Assembly (NCBI GenBank): GCA_045837725.1
Contig: JBEWZL010000075.1
Span: 1-64,000 of the forward strand
Direction: 5' to 3'
Length of the DNA: 64,000 nt
From: Vermamoeba vermiformis
Taxonomy: Eukaryota
Each line of letters starts with the position of its first letter. Positions within the stretch are counted from its first letter, which is position 1. Positions 52,001-64,000 of the stretch are shown here, in pieces. The notes beneath the pieces are model-generated. The model was not told where the DNA came from, did not search any database, and saw nothing but the letters and a program-made list of their open reading frames with translations. Both the position numbers and the translations under genes were made by a program.

Positions 52001-53851
52001 CTTCGCTAGTGTATGTCTTGTCCAAGTGATACATGCTAATGCCACCAGCAAAGTAGCCCAAGAACTTAACCCAAAGACCGTCGGCCAAGACAGCTTGAAT
52101 ATAAGCTTGGACCAACATACCGGGCTTGAGGGTCTCCAAGGTCAAGCCGCTGACTTCCTTAGTCTGCAAAAGGATTAATCGATTGCTTGTACAATGAAAG
52201 ATCTCAATAGTACTTACAACTTTAGTCGCGACACGATCTTGGTTGGGGTTGATGAAGATGGTCTTAGACTCCTTCTTCACCTCAGATACCAAGCCGTCAA
52301 TCAATTGACCAACGATCAACTTGGTCTCCTCGGGCTCTTCCTCTTCACCTTCCTTCTTTTTCTTGGTCAAGAACTTCTTGGGGATAAAGGCATTAGTGCC
52401 CTCAACACCCAAACTGACAACATAACCGTGATCTTCCACGCTCTTCACGCTACCGTACACGGGCTAGAAAAGAGGTCTGTCAGTCATCAGCGCTACAACA
52501 GTCATTGGGTATAACGTACCATGCCGGGAGTGATTGCATCAAGGGTCAAACTGGCGTTGAGAACTGATTCACGGAGTGTCAAGTCAATCTTCTTCTGATG
52601 AACTTTGTGCACGGCGCACTTGACGAATTGACCGACTTTAAATAACGAGAACAAGCTGGGGACTGTGTCTTCGTTCTAACGATGAAATAAACGATTAATA
52701 ATTGAATATAAAAAGAGTAAAGTGATTAATTGCATTAATGATTATTCAGTAAAAAGGTTCTGTCACTAGACGTCGAAGACATCCATCAGATTAAATCAGT
52801 TATTACCATCATTATAATATTTGCGTATGTCATATTGATATAAAGGTCATTACTTACCGTATCCTCTTCGTTAGCCTCACGCTCCAACAAAATGTTGAGC
52901 GAGTCAGAGACTTCAGTAATGCTGACTGAGCCCTTCAAGTTGTTGGGCAAGGAAATATTTAAATATAAATCGTTGATTTCGCGAATGCAGCCATAAAGCA
53001 TCACTCCTTCAACCAAGCTCTGGAAACGTTACAAAATTAGATCCGGATCATCAGCAGGCGACGTGTATCGCTTGAAATTATTATTTCTGATTATACTTAC
53101 CGAAGGCTTTAATAATTCAATGCGCTTAGGTGGCTTTGTAGCTTCAGTAACAAGTCCTTCGATTTCCTCTTCCTCATCTTCGTCGAGTTGCATGTCATCG
53201 AATAACTCATCGTCTGCTTTCTTTTCTTTTTTGCCCTTTGATCTTCTTCTCTTCTTTTTGCTGTTTTCTTTCTCTTCTAATTGCTCTTCGAGTCGCTTCG
53301 AATCAAAAAGCAAATCTCGATCTTGCTTTTTCTTTGTGGGTAATACGACTGATTCTCTGTCTCCCTTTGTTCTTTTCTTTTCACCACGCGGAAAAGTAAT
53401 AATTTCGCTCGGAGTAGATCCTGATCTGCGATGCGATCGGGATTAGTTGTCAGTTGGCATGTAAAAATACGAATTACTCAATAATAACATACCCATTAAC
53501 ACCCTTTCCATTTTCTTCCGAGTGCGCGGATGCCTTGAATTTTTTGGGTTTGGGCCTAGATCGTAAAAAAATGAGATCAGATTAACGCAACAGAGTCATT
53601 ATTAAATTTAATAAGCATCAATAATTCATTATAAAAATTAATACACGATAGTATTTAGGCTCAACCATGGTTAATAAATTATTTCAAAATAGTTTGGATT
53701 TGTTAGATCGCATCCGGATTTGTTGCGACCGCCATCTGATCTTTTCTCTAGAGATACATCGCGATGCCATGGTAATCATTATACTAATAACCACTTACCC
53801 GTCAGTTGAGCCAAGATCCTGATGCGATCGCTTTTTGCTATTCTTATCCAT
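46047..53851 (-). CDS. RRP5: rRNA biogenesis protein RRP5 (S1 repeats plus C-terminal HAT repeats), many exons
   Basis: N-terminal FPRG, tandem S1 domains, NPNSSYLWI, EKLNVWIAYMNLE, YPKRLDLWSVYIDME. First exon MDKNSKKRSHQDLGSTDG inferred from splice phase. Confidence 0.93.
48474..48576 (-). ncRNA. Box C/D snoRNA in an RRP5 intron (U58-like LSU guide)
   Basis: Perfect 8-bp terminal stem ATGATTAG/CTAATCAT, C ATGATGC, D CTGA, and guide TTGGGACACCT complementary to the conserved LSU AGGUGUCCUAA. Confidence 0.8.
49321..49394 (-). ncRNA. SNORD18: U18/SNORD18-family box C/D snoRNA in an RRP5 intron
   Basis: CCACTTTATTGGTCCGTGTT closely matches recalled U18 (CCACTTCATTGGTCCGTGTTT) and is antisense to LSU AACACGGACCAA. 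Stem GATAG/CTATC, C ATGATTA, D' and D both ATGA. Confidence 0.88.
52741..52818 (-). ncRNA. Box C/D snoRNA in an RRP5 intron (18S 5'-domain guide)
   Basis: Stem ATTAT/ATAAT, C ATGATGG, guide ATAACTGATTTAAT before CTGA (antisense to 18S AUUAAAUCAGUUAU), terminal D CTGA. Confidence 0.8.
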
Positions 53852-54103
53852 GACTGCAGTGAAGGGTTAATATGCTATGCCTAGAATGGTACGTGCTTGT
53901 AAACCTATTACTTACTCTGCTGTGTTGCAAGGCGAAAAAAATAATGCTGGAATGCTAGCCAATTTTATTTGCCATTTTGTCAACGCCAAGAGAGAATAGG
54001 GCAACATGAAGGGCGTGTTTCGCAATAAATAAAACATTTTATTTACATGATTGGTTCCGTACGACTTTGCGTACGAGGTTGTTTTTTTGAATTGAGTTGT
54101 TGA

Positions 54104-55740
54104 TTATTTGTTTTCTTTCAGCTTCGGTTGCTTAGGACTCTTCGGCGTTGTCCTAGCTGGTTTCATGCAGCACAAAATGAATGAAATGAAGGCCGCAATA
54201 ACGGCGATACCAGCAGGAGCCGCGACAGAAGCGTACAGAAGGAACGGCGTGCTCAAGGTCACTTGGCAGTACTCAGTCTTCAGACCAGCGTCAGCATTGC
54301 CTGATTGAGGATCGAGGAACCAAGCGCCAATCGCTAGAGCAGCCTGTTTGGGCTTCACGCAGCGCATAAGAGCGATGGTCTCGTAGTGCTCGAACAAGCC
54401 CATAATTTCAACGCTCACCGCGTCAGAAACCCATTCCGTGAGGTTGGCAGCATCGCTAGTTTTGCGACCACAGCTAGTCTAAAAGGATAACAAAATTAGA
54501 ACAAAGCTTATTTATAATTTAATGAAATTTAGTATGGATCTAGCGGCCGAAGAAATGTAAACTTTCAGACTCGGCGGAATTGCGAGTCAATTTCCCACTG
54601 ATCGCGTTCAATGAATCGGGCTAATATTTACCTGCAACCAAGAGTTCACATCGGGGCAAGTAGCAGAGGGATCTCCGTAGACGTACTTCTCGTCTTCAGC
54701 CATGTGATAAACGTCGGCGTAGGAGAAGACGGAAGAACCCAAAATAGTGTTGTTTTTATCCTATTGCGTGATATGGTTAGCTTACTATTACCCAAGAAAG
54801 ATATTGCACGAAAGTTAATTTACCTGGTCAGCAAGATCTTGCGTAATGAACTTTCTCAAAATTTGAAGCTTAGTCGATTGATCTCCTTGGTCTTCCTTAT
54901 TCTGTAAGGTATTATAACTATCCCAGCCGTAAATAATGAAGGCTTGTTTGAGGATTGCTAAAAAAGGAAAGTCGCGTTAGAACAATTCTAAATATCACAG
55001 GTTTATAACAAAGATTTTAACGTACTTGCTGAACCCAAGTGATCCACGTAGTTCTTAATCTCGCCAGGAGTGTAGAGATGCGTGACCCAAGCGTCAAAAC
55101 TGGCAGAGTTCCATTGCGTAAGCTGAGTCTCAATGTCTTTGTCTTCCAAGCTGATGTCTGAGACCCAAGGCACGAGAAGAGGCACGTTAAAGCCGAGCAG
55201 ATTCATCCAAAATTTGACTTTGTTGACGAATTGGAAGAAATACGAGGCTGTTTCACCGGTGAGGTTGTACTGGATCGAGATGCCCTTCAACAACTTTGCG
55301 GCGTCGGGATTGGCAGCCAATTCATCGGCCAATACGTACATGCCTTCTTGAAAATTCTTCTCGCCTCCGCGCTGCTCGATCTGATAAATGTCCGTGCGCA
55401 AGCTGACAATGAAGTGCATATTGAGGTTGACGAATGTCTTGAGAATTTCTGAGTGGTCAACAAGCTCTTTAGTAGACCACGGACATAGGAGGTGAACAGT
55501 GTTCGTGCCCATTGCTGCCATAATTTCAAGGTCGCGATTAAATTCGTCTTTGTAGATGCTCAAATTGCAATCATCGTCTGATCTGAGGCCCATCCGCGGC
55601 AGTGAGTAGGTGATAATATTGTGCTTCGCGGCAATAGTGTCGAAGAGAGCAGCTGTGTCGGCCGCAACATTCCAGGCCAGTGCTAGCACGATTGCGATCG
55701 CCAAAATTGCATTGAACCTAGGTAGTATTGACCGGCTCAT
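54104..55740 (-). CDS. Secreted/type-I membrane glycoside-hydrolase-like (clan GH-A TIM-barrel-like) protein, 4 exons
   Basis: Signal peptide, FNRDLEIMAAMGTNTVHL (GH72/GH5-like RD....MG.N motif), C-terminal transmembrane segment and basic tail. Confidence 0.55.
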
Positions 55741-56453
55741 TATTAATATTTACAAGTGTTATCGGTTTCTGTGGTCTCTTCGTTGTTACAATAACAAATA
55801 ATGGTGCACCAACTATTAAAAGCAACACAGCAAAGGTGGATCTCGTGGAAATTACAAAGAATTTTGTGTTCATTTGAAGAAAGAGATTTTACGTAAACGG
55901 TGAACGTGTTTTAGTAGAGATTTCTACCTATTACTTGGTTACTTGTCAAAGCCTTGAGATTTCACCACGTTTTGTTGTCTCCCCGATCGTGGCTGAAAAT
56001 GTTAGCCAAAACAGAACCAACACAAAAAATTACTGCGATAATGTAACATTGCAGTAAAAAATTTATGTGTCGCGATTGCAAAACGCTGAATCAAAAGGCG
56101 TTGGAAGAATAGATCACACATCTAATGTTACGTAACGTTTCTATTTAATACTTACCTTCGCCCGGCTTACGTATGATTGCCATTTAATTACTCAGTTGCT
56201 ATTGACACAAATGTAAGGGGTCTGAAAGTTGCGGTCTGCTTTGCAGTTTGGGAGGTAAAATAAAATAAATTTGTTGCTGATTTTTATCTGTTCCCCTGCC
56301 TTTTGCGACCACAAAGCTCTACTTTTCAAGTTCTACAAGGGTTCTCGTGTCTCTACTGCTTGTGGTGACTTGAAATTAGTGCAGACAAGATCTCATCGAG
56401 CTTTACAAAAAGTTAAAATTCAAAAAATATTTTAAAAAACCTCAAAAATTAAA

Positions 56454-56697
56454 ATGGACAAAGAAAATATTAATCCCGTCACTGGTACACGATATACTGC
56501 CCCTAGAAGACCCTTAGATCGCCAAAGAGAGCCACTGGCTGATATAACTACGGTAAGTGCAAAAAATGGATTCAGTAAGCCAATTAATTAGACGCTAACA
56601 ACCGTCAATATAGACTCTCAAATATTCATCCAGTACCTTCCAACCCTCCGTTTTGGGTTTTGTCTCGCCCAACCGAAGGATCCTCTTTTTGCGCTAA
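56454..56697 (+). CDS. 60-aa KEN-box / D-box / LR-tail microprotein (putative APC/C inhibitor), 2 exons
   Basis: Exon 1 56454-56552 MDKENINP...REPLADITT, canonical intron 56553-56613, exon 2 ending SPNRRILFLR*, then AATAAA at about 56727. Confidence 0.75.
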
Positions 56698-56902
56698 GAT
56701 CTTGCCAGATACCATTTTGTACATATAATAAAGCCTCGATCGAACTCAATTATAAGCTTAACTTTATATTGGCCTTATTAAGGCGCCCCAGGATTAAAAG
56801 ATTGTTTCCCCAACTGTCGGGCAATTTTAAATTTTTGTATTTGATACTCATACACACTCAAGACTATGGAACTCATTATCCAATAAGGGGCATATATATA
56901 CA

Positions 56903-59900
56903 ATGTCGAGCGTATTAACATTTGGACGTAAAGTTAAACAGCGCACTCAAGCGCCCAAGATCGAGGAGACGCCCGAATCTAAACGCGTTCGGGAGTTAAT
57001 GGAGGTACGAAGTTATATTAGGGCAGTATGCTCATATTTGATTGCTAATGTGTGGTTAATAATGCAGGAAGTTGAGGACAGCGAAAGGTTCTTCTCGATC
57101 ATGCTATCCAACTTGCAAAAATCAATATCGCTCAGCAAAAGTACGAATATTTAATTTTAATTTATATTTTGATAATATTTATTAATACTGTCGCCTTACG
57201 CGCTTCGTAATTTTAATTTTGTATTTCTGGCGTTACTAATTGATTGAATTGAAAGATACCTAAATGAATTAACTGTCACCAAAATCCTGTTTTAAAACAA
57301 ATGTCGCGTATTATTTTATGCTATAGCTCACATTTTAACGCGATTTTCTCAACGCAGATGAGATTGAAGGAGATCTTCAATTTTTTGAAATGCTCAAGAC
57401 ACAAGGCGATGAGTGGAAAAAAGAAGATTTCGAAATAGGTAATTATCTATGCCAAAATTTGGATTAAGACACAGAAAAACTGCTTAAACAGGGAATTAAT
57501 TTTTTCGAGATCTCATGAAATTTTGATTGGCAAACCCTTCGTTACTTTGAAAATTGCATTTTACATTGCCAAATGGATTTTTATGTGATTGATTGGCCGT
57601 TATACGCAATACACACTTTAAAATGCCAATATATTTCATTTATTTATTGGTTTATTTGTTCGTCAGCTCGAAGGGCCTTTATGTTACGACAATATAATAA
57701 GAATTTGATTAATTAATTTAAATAATGACTCATTTATTTTAGGTGCATTTATGAGCAAAGTGTCTTTAGTTGGCTGCTTAGTCGAGAATATGAAAAGCAA
57801 ATACGTAAGATTTATTTATCATAGATTTGATTCTTTTATGAATTAATAGACAAAAGACCATTTATTTGACTATTATATATGAGTCTATGGGTTTGTTAAT
57901 CCCGATGTTGACAGCTTTTATTTTTAGAACGAACAATTGACGCTCAAATTGTGCGACAGAATGAGCAATTTTATCAACGTAGAAGTGCCAGAGGCTCGCG
58001 TAAGTTAAATATAATACAATTGCTATTAAAAGGTATATTTTAATAATATAATTCTTTTTTAGCTCATGCAAAAGAAGTACGAGAAGATGCACTTGATTTA
58101 TCAGCACTCGATTGACAAAGTGAAAATGATCAATCAAAGCAGCAAGGTCGTGTTGTCTAAACTGCAAGAGGTACGTCACATTAATTGCACAGGCTCATTA
58201 AGTGTTGATTCTGATTGACATATTCATATCTGCTAGGCTGAAGCACAACGCGATCAACTGAAAGAAATGTTCGAGAAGACAGGCAAGATGACAATGCACC
58301 ACTTGACGATGACCATTGAAAAGAGCAAATGTGACTTGATGAGCGAACTGGCCGAGTTGATGGAGGCAATGATGGAGTTCCACAACAAAGCCAGCAAAAC
58401 ACTCGAAAAAATGATTTCTGACGTGCAGACTAGCCGCACTTACGCTGAAAAGGTAGGCTAAGGTTCGAGTTCTGCACCGAACTAATTCTTTTGACAGAAA
58501 CGAGATCAATTGAAGAAGCTGGAAGAAGGCGTGCCAGTGAGTCTACCAGTAATTTGTTCCTCTTAGAGAGCAACTGTATCTAACCTCTATTCAGGAAATG
58601 ATGAGCAAGAAGCAGTGGACGCGTGTTTCAGCAAAGCCAGGTGTTGTGGCCGCTAGACCAGCGAGTCTCACACGCGCTGTTGGAGCCCCCTCACTCTCCG
58701 CTGTTGCACCCATCGAGTACGTACTACATGCACCCGTGTCACATTTAACTTTACTAACCATACGTTTGTAGAGCCTCTGCAATGGACATAGTAAGTGACC
58801 CGATGGAATCTTGTAAATTAACGCAATCTAACCGTCCTGTTAGCCCGAGGTGTTCAAATTCGAAGTCACAAAGAGCGGCAGAAAGCCTGAACGACAAACA
58901 TTTACCTTGGATGTCGAACGGAGGATATTGAGCGTTCACACGGATAAGACCGGAGAGAAGTACGATTATCCTCTCGACAAACTATTACAACTCGTGCCAT
59001 CACGAAGACAACCGCGTCAAACCAAGTTGAGATGGCAAGGCCGCGAAGAGAAGTTAGACCGATACAACTTCTTGTCCATTCTCGACAGAGACAGATTCCA
59101 CGAGGCGTTTTGGTTCGCCAAGTTGAGACACGTCCGCGTAAGTAGAACAAAAAAACAAACTAATGCAACAGATGTTGCTAATAACTCGGTGTTCAGGAGG
59201 TTGTGCTGTCAACGAGACAGCCAGTAGTGTCGCGTGATCTCAAAGTATTCTGCGGCACGTGGAATGCTGGTGACGCACCACCGCCATACGATGTGCCACT
59301 TGACAGCTGGATCCCAAAAGATCAATGTGACATTTACGCCGTGGCATTCCAAGTGAGTAATTCTTGTTCAAAGCACCCGGTGACATTCGTTCTAACGCAC
59401 TTTTAGGAATGTGATTACTCACCGCGCGAGTCATATATCTCTTGCGAAGACGATTGTTTCTCGTGGATTGGTTCGCACTTGGGCGGTAATTATTTGAAGC
59501 TCGCTGGTGTGTCGTTGTGGAGCATCAGAATTGTCGTGTTTGTGCGTCGTGAGCTCTACTATTATGTCACCAGGTTAAAGGTACGTGCAGCACCGATACA
59601 CTCTTGCATTTATTGACCACTTCGTTAGACTTCAACCGTGGCCACTGGTCTTGCAAAAGTTATCGGCAACAAAGGAGGTTCTGGCGTTGCGTTTGACTTG
59701 TTTGACACGCGTTTGTGCTTCATTGGCTCGCATTTGGCAGCGCGTATTGATCGTCGTAGAATGGAGCTGCGTAATCAACATTACAGAGATATCATGAAAG
59801 ATCTCAACTTTAGCGACAACGGCGACAATCACCACGAATTCGATCACGTGTTTTGGATGGGCGACTTGAACTATCGCATTGAAATGCCGCGTGACACTAT

Positions 59901-61998
59901 CATCAAGTTGTGCGAGCAAAAAGACTGGCCCACTTTGTTGAAGGTAAGTAGCACCTCGTTAAAAATAACATGTTAATAATCTTGTTTATTAGCACGACCA
60001 ATTGAACAACGAGCGAGCAGCAGAGAACAGTTTCTTGGACTTTGAAGAACAGCCCATTCAGTTCTTGCCGACGTACAGATTCAATCGTGGTGACCGCACG
60101 TGGAGCGAAGAAAAAATGCGTGAACCTGCGTGGTGTGATCGTGTCTTGTGGAAGTCAGTGCAAAAAGGCCGTGTGAAGGGCTTAGAATACAACTGCTGCA
60201 ATGATATTATGACCAGCGATCACTCACCGGTCTACGCGATTCTCAGCTTGTCCATTGATTACCCGTACATGCCACACGTGCGCGAGGCCTGCAAGATCGT
60301 TGTGACCAATTTGCGAGGATTTGAACTGAAGGGCAGTCCTTACGTCACATTCCAAGCCAACTTCTTGGAGAGCAGTGCTAGCACACCTTGCGTCGAGCGG
60401 GTAAGTTTGACTTGAGACTTGCACCTGGATGATTAATACTAACAATGTTCAGACCATTAACCCGATATGGTTCGACGCTGATGTTCCAATGCTGGTCCCA
60501 ACAAAGACGAGCCGTGATTTCCTGATGCGGCAATGGATCCGCATTGTTGTGCGTGACAAGGGTGATGGCTCGGCACTAGGTCAAGGTGTGATTTACTTGG
60601 AGAACGCTTGTGCCGCTGAACCTGCTTTCTTCTCAACGAGACTCGTCGACAGAGTAAGTCGAGACTAGCACTGCTTAATTTTCTTGAGTTCAACGCTAAC
60701 TTTTTCTTTCACAGGGTCGTGTCAGTGGTCGCATTGAAGGTCGTATTCAAATTCAATGGCCCGACCGTACTCCAGACACCTCGTTGACAGCTGTCTATGG
60801 TCGTCCTGGCTTATTGTCTTCGCTCTCCAACATCGAGAAAGGTCGTTCAGTCACACTCCTTGACGCGAACACGTCACAAGACAATGACCCTAGCAAGGTC
60901 CACAAGCGAATCATTACACCGCCCAAGATCGCACCACTGGGCCTCACACGCACCACGACTGATCCTCCAACCTCTGGATCACCACAAACTAGTCCAACAA
61001 CTTCTCCGCGAACAGCGTCGAGTCCTCGTCCAGTCTTGAGTCACAATACCAACCCTGACAGCCCGAGAAATCGTATTGGTACGCGAGGCATTGGATTGAG
61101 TCCTCCTACGCAAACTGTTGACGGAATGTCAACTAGCCCGAGAAGTCCTAGGGATGTAGCACAGCTGGGTCCTCCTTCGAATCCAGAGACGCCAACACTT
61201 AGTCCGAAAGCCAGCCTCGCACCACGACCATCGTTGACTAACCTCGCTGAGAACGTGTTAAGCTCCGATAACATTGACGAGATCGACGCACTTGTTGAGG
61301 GCGAGAGTGAAATGTCACGTGGTTTTGATGAAGATTTGGACTACGCCTCGATCATTGACAGCATTGACGAGCTTGTCACAAAGTCACCCGCATTTACCGG
61401 CACACAGACTCAATTTGAAATGACGAACAGTGTCGACATCCCAGTCACCAACAACAACACGAATGTCATTAGCTCTGTTGATCCTGTGGCCAGCAGTCCG
61501 AGCATTGAAGACGATGACGACGAAGTGATTGAAGTCATTCCAGCCTCGAAGCGAACTTACACCATTAGTCTGAACAACAGTGCTGGCTCGGGCAACAACA
61601 CGCCCTTGTCCAGCACACCCGTGACAGTCAGTCACTCACTGCCTATCCCTGGTGCTGAAGAACGTCGTGTGTCCGTCAACAGAGCCACGAGCATGCAGTT
61701 CTCTTCACCGCCATCAGCTGAATCGCCGAGCTCGCCTGATCAAACGACCAAGTCACCGCTCACCAAGTCACAGAGCCAGAAGTCCTTGCCTCGCTCGATC
61801 ATTGGCCACACGCCTTCAAACAGTACACCGGTGAATCCGGTAGCGAGTAGCGACAATGGCAGCAATAACAGCAGCACGACTAACTCACCTTCAACACCGC
61901 AAACTGGTCGATTAGTGCTGGGTCGACAGCGCGACAGACCGTCCATTGCTGTGCATCCACCGGGCCCTGGTCAGCCACAAAACGGTAACACGCAATAA
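56903..61998 (+). CDS. Inositol polyphosphate 5-phosphatase with an N-terminal BAR-like domain, PH-like and C2-like regions, and an S/T/P tail; many exons
   Basis: VFCGTWNAG, GNKGG, FIGSHLAA, FWMGDLNYR, PTYR, PAWCDRVLW, TSDHSPV. Helical N-terminal exons end ...LMEAMMEFHNKASKTLE (BAR-like). Confidence 0.85.
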
Positions 61999-62261
61999 CG
62001 AAGCTATTATTTAATTCTTTTTGATTGTACTGCTAGCTAATGTTTAATGTAAATAACGTTCATCTCATCACGCGCAATCAATCAAAATCAAATTGACACG
62101 TGTGAAAGGGACAAAAATGGTGCGAAAAATTTGGGAAGATCGAGATGCGAAATTGAATTTGACACTCAAAGTTCAGATTTTTGACAGACAAAAATTTCAA
62201 ACTACATACAAAATGTCGGTGCACGTGTCTCATTTATTAGATATTTTCGTAACAATTAAGA

Positions 62262-63952
62262 ATGCGAATAGTGCTGTTAAGTACTGGTAGTCGCGGCGAT
62301 GTGCAGCCACTAATAGCACTCGCGCTTGGTTTAATCAAAGCCGGGCACCAAGTGTCAATCTGCGCCTCTCCGAACCACGAAAAGATGGTTGTTAAATACG
62401 GAATCGAGTTTCATCCCATCGGAGTGGACACGCAGAAGCTATTAGAACAATTTAAAACAGGCAAGGGCGAGTAAGTAGCCAGCAAAAGTTGCGATATTTA
62501 GAACACATTTTAAATAATTTTTATTGTATATAGCGTTGGCAAGTTGCTTCTGGATTATCATATCAAAACGGATCAAGACGCGGTGGAGGTTTGTTTAAAA
62601 ATCAAACCCGAGTTTATCATGTTCCATCAAGCGATTACGACGGGCCATTTAATTGCTGAAAAATTGGGCATTCAAGCTATCGAAGTATGTGGTGCATAAT
62701 TTGTGCGTCTGATCTTGGCTAACTGGCGATCTGACAGATGTGCTTTGCCTATTGGTACCCTTTTGAAGAATATGCATCATACATGCCTGAAAAACATCCG
62801 CATAACAATCCGTATTACGAACATTTATACGCACTTCGTGGGAATTGAAGGTGCAGATCGAAGAAATTTCAAGTCAGACAGCGAAGAGTATCGAAAGCAC
62901 CAATCAAATATAGAAATCCCTTTAGTCGGGCAATGGTACGTAAAAAGGCAATATATGGTAAGAAACCTTGGTCCAGGAATACCAATACTTACTCATATCA
63001 GATCCCACTTGCTACTGAGCATCACCACCGAAGCAGTTACTCGGCCTAGTTTATGGAATGAACCGAACATGTACTTTGTAAACAACTGGTTTTTAGACGC
63101 AGAGGATGATAAGGATTGGAAACCAGATCCAGTACGCGATTTTCATTCGTACAAATTACGCGACGTACTAACCTTCAATCAGGCTCTCGAACGGTTCCTG
63201 TCAAACGGTCCTGCACCAATCTATATCGGCTTCGGTAGCATGTTCGCAGAGGACAGCAAACAAGTCTTCGAATCCGTCATGGCCGCAGTCGATCGCACTA
63301 AACAACGTGCTATTGTCTCGTCTGGCTGGTCAAACTTTGTCAACGAGGCACATACCAGCCCTGACCAAGTACATGTAGTCGGAGACGTGCCTCACAGCTG
63401 GCTATTCAAACATTGTGCTGCAATAGTACACCACGGAGGCGCTGGATCTGTTGCAGCTGGTAAACGAGGTTTTCGATGCTACTTAGTTCTCCTTATCAAC
63501 CGATTGTATAGGCCTTCGAGCAGGAAAGCCATCAATTATTGTCCCCCATATCGTGGATCAGCACTTCTGGGGCAAACAAATTGAAGAGATTGGCGTTGGT
63601 CCCTCAGGCATTCCAATTGGAGAATTAACCAGCGATAAACTGGTTGCTGCATTCGAAGTACGTTAGTATACTACTAATAGGTCCTTTATAACGCAGTTCA
63701 AAGGCTATTCGAGATCCAGTAATGCAACAAAAAGCCGCAGAAATGGGAATTAAAGTCCGACAGCATAATGGTGTCCAAGAAACAATAGAAATAATCCAAC
63801 GCATCACTTCAACACCTCGTGATTGGTCCCAGCCTCAATTCCTCAAACAGAAGTTCGCTGCGTTGTATCAAAGTGATGCTAATGACCCTTCAAAGCCGAG
63901 TCCTGCAGGCCTATTATCGAATGGCGCAAGAATTCCACGAACAAAAGCTTGA
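62262..63952 (+). CDS. Sterol 3-beta-glucosyltransferase-like GT1 glycosyltransferase, multi-exon
   Basis: STGSRGDVQPLIALALGL, PIYIGFGSM, DVPHSWLF, VHHGGAGS, PHIVDQHFWG. Confidence 0.9.
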
Positions 63953-64000
63953 CAAGCACGTGATTGCGTGGGCTTATTATGCGCTTGAACAACAATCGAG

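Noticed and set aside
53558-53798. Long first RRP5 intron with ATGATTA and CTGA words as a possible fourth snoRNA
   Set aside because: No properly spaced C/D pair with a terminal stem and no recognisable rRNA guide.

Overview
Gene-dense, intron-rich eukaryotic genomic DNA with mostly 45-100 nt GT-AG introns. An amoebozoan-type protist is inferred from the Acanthamoeba-like 5S rRNA, the minor spliceosome, and unfused TS and DHFR. I can model about 25 protein genes by hand: two tandem F-box-like paralogues, a bHLH-ZIP, GMPPA, RNPC3 (U11/U12-65K), a decayed EF1A copy, a CinA/MoCF-like protein, a multipass membrane protein, TS and DHFR head-to-head, a Myb protein, a coiled-coil protein, a RapGAP, a USP53/54-like protein, a fold-III PLP enzyme, a synergin-gamma-like protein, U2A', a Qbc-SNARE, Rac, an ankyrin protein, an SDR, RRP5, a GH-like protein, a 60-aa KEN/D-box microprotein, a BAR-inositol 5-phosphatase and a sterol glucosyltransferase. 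The most interesting layer is non-coding and invisible in the ORF track: (i) a complete 119-nt 5S rRNA gene plus a box C/D snoRNA nested in one thymidylate synthase intron; (ii) three C/D snoRNAs in RRP5 introns; (iii) a complete set of U12-type intron signals directly behind the AATAAA of the minor-spliceosome gene RNPC3 (candidate autoregulatory switch), plus a genuine AT-AC intron in a nearby gene; (iv) a 128-bp MITE-like insertion with an 8-bp TSD; (v) a 242-bp inverted copy of RRP5 about 46 kb from its source; (vi) a strongly recurrent TGACACGTGTCA palindrome. Gene models and family calls come from manual reading and recalled consensus sequences; no database search was run.
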